A DNA stretch of 40,547 bases from a virus (Duplodnaviria > Caudoviricetes). Location of the stretch: IMG/VR virus record IMGVR_UViG_3300046007_001148, positions 1 through 40,547 of that record; one strand, given 5' to 3'. Shown here one piece after another: positions 35,295 to 40,547 of this stretch. How positions within the stretch are numbered: position 1 is the first letter of the stretch; every line of letters begins with the position of its first letter. A model generated the notes under the pieces. The model had not been told where the DNA came from. It ran no database searches and saw nothing but the letters and a program-made list of their open reading frames with translations. A program made the position numbers and the translations under genes.

Positions 35295-35985
35295 GCCTCA
35301 GTTTAAGCCCTGCGCATTTCTGCAGCCAGCCACCATAGGTTTCGCGGCTGCTTAGCCGATTGCGCAATTGATGCAAGACTAATTGATCGCCGATGTAAAC
35401 ACCGCAATGATTAAGGCCGCGGTTGCCGATCTGAAATAGCAACAGGTCGCCGTATTCGAGGGTTTCGTCCGGTAGCAGTTGCCGGAACCCGGTCGATTCC
35501 CAGCACTCGGCAAACATCGGCTGCTGCTCGAACTGCTCGGCCGTTGGCGGCCGCGGCCAATCCCGCAGCACCAGGCCGTGATGCTCGTACCAGTCCCGGG
35601 CCAGGCTCCAGCAATCGGTCACGCCCCACACCCAGCGGCGGCCAACCAGCGGCGGCCGGTAGCCGCACGGCAGCAGCTCATCACTCCACTCACCGGTTGA
35701 CGGCGACACGATGAACCAGGGCAGCCCGCTGCGCTCGATCGCAGTGCGGTCCACCTCGCTGGGTGCTGGTGGTGTGTGCGGGTGGCTGTGGACCACGGCC
35801 AAGATCTCGCCGGCATCCTCGGCCGCGGCGAAGTCGATCGGGTCGAGCACGAACAGCTCGTCGCTGCTGCCGATGTTCTTGCAGGGCCAGTAGCGTTCCT
35901 TGCCCTTGACCACTACGAGCAACCCACAGGCCTCGCGTGGATATTCAGCACGGGCGTGCTCCAGTGCAGCGTCGCGCCAGGTCAT
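35224..35985 (-). CDS. Tail assembly protein (gpK-like, JAB + NlpC/P60)
   Basis: PREACG, VHSHP, S..D, DCWSL, NHCGVY; ATG 35985 coupled to gpL stop. Confidence 0.9.
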   Translation of the reverse strand: MTWRDAALEHARAEYPREACGLLVVVKGKERYWPCKNIGSSDELFVLDPIDFAAAEDAGEILAVVHSHPHTPPAPSEVDRTAIERSGLPWFIVSPSTGEWSDELLPCGYRPPLVGRRWVWGVTDCWSLARDWYEHHGLVLRDWPRPPTAEQFEQQPMFAECWESTGFRQLLPDETLEYGDLLLFQIGNRGLNHCGVYIGDQLVLHQLRNRLSSRETYGGWLQKCAGLKLRHADDSGLRPSCQAAWTTHVQGSR

Positions 35986-37484
35986 GTGTAGTAGGAGCCA
36001 ACGCCTGGGAAAGCGCCGAACGGTAGGACGCCCTGGTCGCGCAAGGTGTAGTTCCTGCTGGGCGGCGAGAACGTGTAGGTCTGCGACGACTGCGCTGGGA
36101 TCGTGTAGAACTCGAAGGTCCCGCTGTTTCCCGTGACAGTAGCCGCATAGGTCGTCTGCACCCATGACGGATAGAAGTACTCCGCATCAGCATTGGTGTA
36201 GATCGCGCTCACCTTTGCGTTGGCGGTAGATGGGATGCCCGGGCCGACGATGAACTGACCCACTGCGATGCCGGTGGTGCTGTTGACCGTGATCACGGTG
36301 CCTACCACTTCGCCGCTGTCGTCTCGGCCGCGACCGTAATAGCTCTCGCTGGAGTCGATGTATCCGGTGGTGCTAGCAGCCGCTGCGCCCTTGATCAGGG
36401 TCCAGTCCACTGCCTGTCCCAGGGTGATCGTCGTGCCAGCGATCGCAGTGATGACCGTGCCAGTGCCGATATTGGGACCAGACACCGTCATGCCAACGCT
36501 GAGTCCGGTTGCGCTGGCGACGATGATCTGCGTCCGGTTGGTCTGAAGAGTGCCGGTGGTGGTGACATTGGTGGTGGCAGTTGCAGCCGCGCTCATTGTG
36601 ATCGTGTTCCCGGCCACGCTGACCACGGTCGTGGATGCCGGAACGCCAAAGCCACGCACGGGCGATCCGGCCTCAACCGTGGTGGCCGTATCGAGCACCA
36701 GCGCGGTGCTGCCAGTGGTCACCGTGCCGGCCCTGACGACCTGGTCGAACCGCAGCCGGCAACTGTCCAATCGCTTACCGCACACATCCTCGGCAAGGGT
36801 TGCCACGACTTGATCATTCTCGTTGTAGTACGCGTTGCCGTTGTAGCTGCACTCGGCCGAACGGTACTCCCACTGGCAGAAGCTGCTGATGCACTGACGC
36901 TTGGGCGCTCTGACGCCAGCTAGGTCGAATGATGCCGCCAGCTCAAACTCGATCGCATCACGCGTCTCTGTCGCCTTGCGGTCGATGTAATAAATCTCCC
37001 GCGGGAACTCAGCCGTGGGATCCGGGCTATAAGGGCTGATCCCATCGGGCCAATTGGCGGCATCTAAGTAACGCAACAGTGTGCGGATGCGGGTCACCTT
37101 GGCACCCTCGATGCCGCGCGGCAGCGTCAGGATTAAGCCAGTGATGGTGCCCAGCAGATTGCTGATCCGCAACTTTGGCCTTGGAAGTTGACCGGTGCCG
37201 CTGTATTCAAAGCCATCGGCCTCAAGCGGAAATCTGGTGTAGGCGCTACCAGCCCACACCACGTCAAAGTAGTCAAGCTGATCCAGCTTGAACTTGTCGC
37301 CATCTTCCAGCAACAAATCATCGCCATCTTCCAGCAGCAGGAATCCTGGTGTGTTGGCATTAGCGCCGGCATGAAACCGATAGGTTTCGTTAACACCATG
37401 CTGAGCGGTGTTCAGCTCCAGCTCGAACAGCTCAATGACCGCGCCAGGGTTGATCTCCTGCAGCGCTGAGACCGGTACAGCCAT
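35982..37484 (-). CDS. Minor tail protein (gpL-like) with two insertions
   Basis: [39 protein letters not shown], terminal LPFGAFPG. Confidence 0.9.
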   Translation of the reverse strand: MAVPVSALQEINPGAVIELFELELNTAQHGVNETYRFHAGANANTPGFLLLEDGDDLLLEDGDKFKLDQLDYFDVVWAGSAYTRFPLEADGFEYSGTGQLPRPKLRISNLLGTITGLILTLPRGIEGAKVTRIRTLLRYLDAANWPDGISPYSPDPTAEFPREIYYIDRKATETRDAIEFELAASFDLAGVRAPKRQCISSFCQWEYRSAECSYNGNAYYNENDQVVATLAEDVCGKRLDSCRLRFDQVVRAGTVTTGSTALVLDTATTVEAGSPVRGFGVPASTTVVSVAGNTITMSAAATATTNVTTTGTLQTNRTQIIVASATGLSVGMTVSGPNIGTGTVITAIAGTTITLGQAVDWTLIKGAAAASTTGYIDSSESYYGRGRDDSGEVVGTVITVNSTTGIAVGQFIVGPGIPSTANAKVSAIYTNADAEYFYPSWVQTTYAATVTGNSGTFEFYTIPAQSSQTYTFSPPSRNYTLRDQGVLPFGAFPGVGSYYT

Positions 37485-37828
37485 CAGGGTTCAAATACTT
37501 GCCGGAACGTGGCAGTGATCACAGCCCTGCCGGTGTACGGGATCGACTTGGTCCAGCTACTGCACACCCACTTGTAGGCCGTTGCCTCATCTGGCGGCGT
37601 CCAGTCAAAGGAAGCACCATCAGCAGCGCGAGCATCAAGGAAGGTCTCAATCGTATCCGCATTGGCTTCGGTGATGTTGTTCCATGTCAGTGACCACTCT
37701 TTTGGGTTTTGATTCCTGCCAAATGTCAACCGGTGCTCGTAGCCATCACCGAACTGCACAACCCGTTGCCGTGGTGTGCTGCGCTTTTCAGCGCCATAGG
37801 CAGGTGTGATCGCTGGGAAGGTGGCCAT
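37484..37828 (-). CDS. Minor tail protein (gpM-like, distal tail)
   Basis: VQFGDGYE, FLDAR, SFDWTPP, ATFRQVFEP. Confidence 0.92.
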   Translation of the reverse strand: MATFPAITPAYGAEKRSTPRQRVVQFGDGYEHRLTFGRNQNPKEWSLTWNNITEANADTIETFLDARAADGASFDWTPPDEATAYKWVCSSWTKSIPYTGRAVITATFRQVFEP

Positions 37829-40251
37829 TATGCGAGCAATCCTCCGGGGCGCTTCTGCTTGACGATCTCTTGCTGCACTGCGACAGACACGATCCTGCCA
37901 AGCTGATTGGCCCGCTGGTCATCACCCTGCACGCTACTGCCGCTGGCGTCAACGTTGACGACCACACTAACGCCACCGCCAAAGCTGCCGGTTGGTGCGA
38001 TGCCGCCGCTACGTCCTGGCATGAACAGCTCAGGACCACGCTCGCCGACCAGGTATGGCTGACCAGCGCGGACACTGCCGCCCATGGCACGGAAGCCAAG
38101 GCCAATCGTGCTGAATGGCGTCGCCGTGAAGTCGCCAGACAACATTGAAGTGCCAAGGGCGCTGCCCTTTACGCCTGCATAAGATAAGCCGCCGCCGCCA
38201 CCGCCGCCAAGTCCGCCTAAAAATCCGCCAATAGCATTAATTGCCTTTTGTATAACGAAGACCCGCAGCAGTTGGTTGGCGATGTCGATCAGCACGCCAG
38301 AAGCGATACGCCGCAGGCTGGTGCCAAAGTCCTCGCTGCCTTGAATTAGCGCATTAAACGAAGATGTCAATCCTTCACCAATGGTGGTGGCAAGGCTGTC
38401 AGCAACAGCCTTCTGCTGTTTCTGGTTTTCGGTCAGTTCAGCCTGCAGATTGATTTGATTTTCAAGCGCTGCAATCTGATTTCTAGCGCTTTCGTTCTGT
38501 AGCTCCGTTAGCTCGCGTTGGATTTCCCGTTGATTAGCGATCAGTGCTGTATTGCCTTCATAAATAATGGCTTCTTGGGCTCTGATGTCTTTTTCTTGCG
38601 CCAGTGCCTGCGCGTAGCGATATTGAATGTCCAGTTCTTTCTCTTGCCCTTTGAGGCGTACTGCAAGCTGCTTGTCGCCCGCAGCATCAGCAGCGGCAAT
38701 CTTGTCTTGCAATCCAGATTTGAGCTGCATTAATTGCCCTTCTGCCAGTCGATCACGGATCACCTGAGCAACGCGCTTTTGCTCCTCAGCAGCAGCCTTT
38801 GCTGCGCGCTCGGCTTCGCGGGCTCTTTTTCTTGCTTCTCTTTCTCTTTCTTTTTCTGCATCTGGATCATATGTTCCGCCACCGCCAGCGGTTGTGATGG
38901 CGGGAATAGCAGGTCCTGCTGGTTGATTCTTTGCATCACGCTTGCGCTTTGCTGCTCCAAATCCTGCGACACCTAACAGCAGCTCACTGCTTCCTGCTGT
39001 AAAGATGCCGGCCATAATTCTAAAAGCTGCATTGCGACCAAGTTCATTGAATCTTGCAATTGATCGCAGCAATGGACCATTGAGCGATGCAATCGCGCTT
39101 CCTAGCCCTCCAAATGCACCAGCTAGTACCTCAATACCGACTCTAAAGTCGCGCATTACAGTAGCGGCTTCATTGAGTTTATCTATTGCTGTTTGCAGTG
39201 CTGCACCAATGACAGGTGCAAAAGTGGTTAGGACCTCATTGCTTAAGTTTTTGAAAGCACTATCTAATCCCTTAAGTTGGTTTTCTAGGCTTTCTTTCAT
39301 TTTGTCAAAATCGCTTTCTGTCTTACCTGCCGCATCCTGTAATCCTTTTAGGATCTCCTGATAGTCCTTGCCGGCTTTTGCGTTGGCAGCAAAAACCCCT
39401 CTCATGCCTTCTTGTGATCCAATTAATCTGGCTGCGGCTTCTTTATTGGTGGTTTGAGCTTTCGCTAACTCGGCCATCAGGCCGGTAAATCCTTTGCCCT
39501 GTACGCCGGCAAGGTTCCATTGAATGCCAAGAAACTTTGCAGCATCTTTTGATTCTTTAGTCGGTTGCAGGATCTGCGTCAGTGCTGCACCTAATCCAGT
39601 GAAAGCAACTTCAGCGGTAGCGCCATTTTTCGTTGCCGCGGCAATAAACGCATTGACTTCATCCAGGCTGACACCAGCAAGTGCCGCAATAGATGCAACC
39701 CTGCCAAGTTGGCTGGTGTAATCAGACCACTCGACTTGTCCGTATTCGATTGCCTTGCTGATGCTGTCGGTAACTCTGATTGCTTGCTCACCACTCATGC
39801 CATAAGCATTGAGGGTTTTTGTTAGCACTTCGGTGACTTGTGTCGTATCAGCGAGTCCACCAATGGCAGCTTTGGTTGCAGCTTCTACTAGCTTTAGATT
39901 GCCTGCAGTATCGCTGAATCCAGCCGACAATGCTTGGTAACTTGCTGCTGCCAGCTCGGCTTTGCCTGCAACTCCACCAAGCCTAGTGCTTAAGTTTCCA
40001 AGCCCTTCATCCAATGCTTTAATATCTCCACCAGCAGTCCCAAGTCTTCTTATGTTTCTATCGAGTTCTTTGTAATCGTTGATTGCTTTGGTGATTGCAA
40101 ATCCACCAGCCAATCCACTGGCTAGCCCTGCCAAAGATTTCTGCAGCTGCCCGATTGATGTGTCAAGCTGCCCTGACGCCCGGTTGACATCACGCAGCGC
40201 ATTAACCGCTTGCCGCGCATCAACCCTTAGCTCGACGTTTGAGACTGCCAT
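37828..40251 (-). CDS. Tape measure protein (TP901-type core)
   Basis: 807 aa Ala/Gly-rich helical; YQALSAG; C-terminal GGSV..G.PYLVGERGPELFMP. Confidence 0.93.
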   Translation of the reverse strand: MAVSNVELRVDARQAVNALRDVNRASGQLDTSIGQLQKSLAGLASGLAGGFAITKAINDYKELDRNIRRLGTAGGDIKALDEGLGNLSTRLGGVAGKAELAAASYQALSAGFSDTAGNLKLVEAATKAAIGGLADTTQVTEVLTKTLNAYGMSGEQAIRVTDSISKAIEYGQVEWSDYTSQLGRVASIAALAGVSLDEVNAFIAAATKNGATAEVAFTGLGAALTQILQPTKESKDAAKFLGIQWNLAGVQGKGFTGLMAELAKAQTTNKEAAARLIGSQEGMRGVFAANAKAGKDYQEILKGLQDAAGKTESDFDKMKESLENQLKGLDSAFKNLSNEVLTTFAPVIGAALQTAIDKLNEAATVMRDFRVGIEVLAGAFGGLGSAIASLNGPLLRSIARFNELGRNAAFRIMAGIFTAGSSELLLGVAGFGAAKRKRDAKNQPAGPAIPAITTAGGGGTYDPDAEKEREREARKRAREAERAAKAAAEEQKRVAQVIRDRLAEGQLMQLKSGLQDKIAAADAAGDKQLAVRLKGQEKELDIQYRYAQALAQEKDIRAQEAIIYEGNTALIANQREIQRELTELQNESARNQIAALENQINLQAELTENQKQQKAVADSLATTIGEGLTSSFNALIQGSEDFGTSLRRIASGVLIDIANQLLRVFVIQKAINAIGGFLGGLGGGGGGGLSYAGVKGSALGTSMLSGDFTATPFSTIGLGFRAMGGSVRAGQPYLVGERGPELFMPGRSGGIAPTGSFGGGVSVVVNVDASGSSVQGDDQRANQLGRIVSVAVQQEIVKQKRPGGLLA

Positions 40252-40260
40252 GGCACCATT

Positions 40261-40437
40261 CTACCGGCGCCGTGCCCTATCCATTGCTTCCTTCTCGCGC
40301 TCGCCTTTGATCTCGTAGTACGCCGCAAAATGCACGAACTCAGCGTCGGTCAGCTCAGTCCGCAACCGGCTGACCGTCATGCCTAGTTCAGTAGCCAGGA
40401 AGAACTCGAAGAAGAGCCAGTTATCCTGGCTCAGTCT
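40261..40437 (-). CDS. Tail assembly chaperone, -1 frameshift extension (gpT-like)
   Basis: -1 frame open from slippery site to TAG at 40263: RLSQDNWLFFEFFLATELGMTVSRLRTELTDAEFVHFAAYYEIK... Confidence 0.8.
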   Translation of the reverse strand, partial: RLSQDNWLFFEFFLATELGMTVSRLRTELTDAEFVHFAAYYEIKGEREKEAMDRARRR

Positions 40438-40547
40438 TTTTTTGCTTCCTCTAGACCAGCATCATCACCAAGACCGAACAGGAACAGCTCTAGCTCGTTC
40501 AGCACGCGCTCGGGCAGCTCGCGTTGCAGCTTGGCTGCATCAGCCTC
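40431..40547 (-). CDS. Tail assembly chaperone (gpG-like), C-terminal part
   Basis: ...EADAAKLQRELPERVLNELELFLFGLGDDAGLEEAKKD-stop; ends GCA AAA AAA GAC TGA. Confidence 0.8.
   Translation of the reverse strand, partial: EADAAKLQRELPERVLNELELFLFGLGDDAGLEEAKKD

Overview
The window is an almost complete (~40.5 kb) genome of a lambda-like-tailed siphovirus, very probably infecting picocyanobacteria (group-2-type cyanobacterial sigma factor, small ORF families I recognise from cyanophages, few Shine-Dalgarno sites). It is broken inside the tail operon: the major tail gene and parts of its two neighbours are missing between the window ends. Minus strand 1-14359: head-tail, capsid, scaffold, Mu-F-like head protein, portal, terminases, beta clamp, an iteron-rich putative origin and a primase-helicase. 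Plus strand 14426-25814: helicase-methylase fusion, SF2 helicase, VRR-NUC, RecE/Bet/SSB, dCTP deaminase, sigma factor. Minus strand 25874-40547: HNH, phosphoesterase, lysis genes, fibres, gpJ/I/K/L/M, tape measure, frameshifted chaperone. No integrase, tRNA or CRISPR array was seen. Top finding: a self-contained cassette at 16711-17985 with its own promoter, an IS110/TasR-like DEDD RuvC protein, and three RNA hairpin units of identical architecture (stem-UUUA-N6-CA-hairpin-UUUA-N6-CA-stem) carrying six different 6-nt segments. It is a candidate RNA-guided system related to TIGR-Tas/bridge RNA but with different boxes and shorter guides. All product calls come from motif recognition by eye, not database searches.
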